NCBI RefSeq assembly: GCF_004010195.1
Contig: NC_057719.1
Location: 66,989,776-67,053,775 of the forward strand
Reading direction: 5' to 3'
Source of the DNA: Chiloscyllium plagiosum
Lineage: Eukaryota
DNA: 64,000 nt
In this document: positions 63,934-64,000 of the stretch, one piece after another
Numbering within the stretch: the stretch's first letter is position 1
Layout: every line of letters begins with the position of its first letter
Program-made: the position numbers and the translations under genes
Notes under the pieces: generated by a model
The model's input: the letters and a program-made list of their open reading frames with translations, nothing else
Told to the model about the DNA's origin: nothing
The model's database searches: none

Positions 63934-64000
63934 TACACAGGAACCTCAATTATCCGGCATTCGATTATCCGAATTTTGGATTATTCGGACAAGATCGCAA
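63934..64000. mobile_element. Tigger/pogo-like DNA transposon end, cut by window edge
   Basis: tacacaggaacctcaattatccgg with repeated attatccg sub-terminal motifs. Confidence 0.5.

Overview
Vertebrate genomic DNA, AT-rich and repeat-rich. The repeat families (HE1-type SINEs, CR1 LINEs, Penelope-like elements) suggest a cartilaginous fish, which is an inference. Two genes lie tail-to-tail. On +, the last 8 coding exons of RASGRP1 (1685-37190; end of the CDC25 domain, EF-hands, C1, KATQT motif, PT region, coiled coil) all have GT-AG sites and matching phases. On -, there is the last coding exon of a FAM98 gene (59750-59989), called FAM98B from synteny with RASGRP1. Most of the rest is retroelement debris: CR1 LINEs, tRNA-SINEs, a second CR1-group LINE with a tRNA-like head plus short derivatives, L1 ORF1, Tigger-like MITEs and a GIY-YIG Penelope-like element (PLE). 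The most striking structure is a set of about 13 PLE-derived inserts from four sequence families carrying minimal hammerhead ribozyme motifs. Many are fold-back palindromes with 9-16 bp target-site duplications (TSDs), a ~35-nt tail on one arm only, and a fold or truncation point at the 5' edge of the ribozyme core. One insert carries a perfect 71-bp inverted copy of flanking DNA. Exon, TSD and motif coordinates were counted by hand; old repeat boundaries are approximate; protein comparisons are from memory, not database searches.
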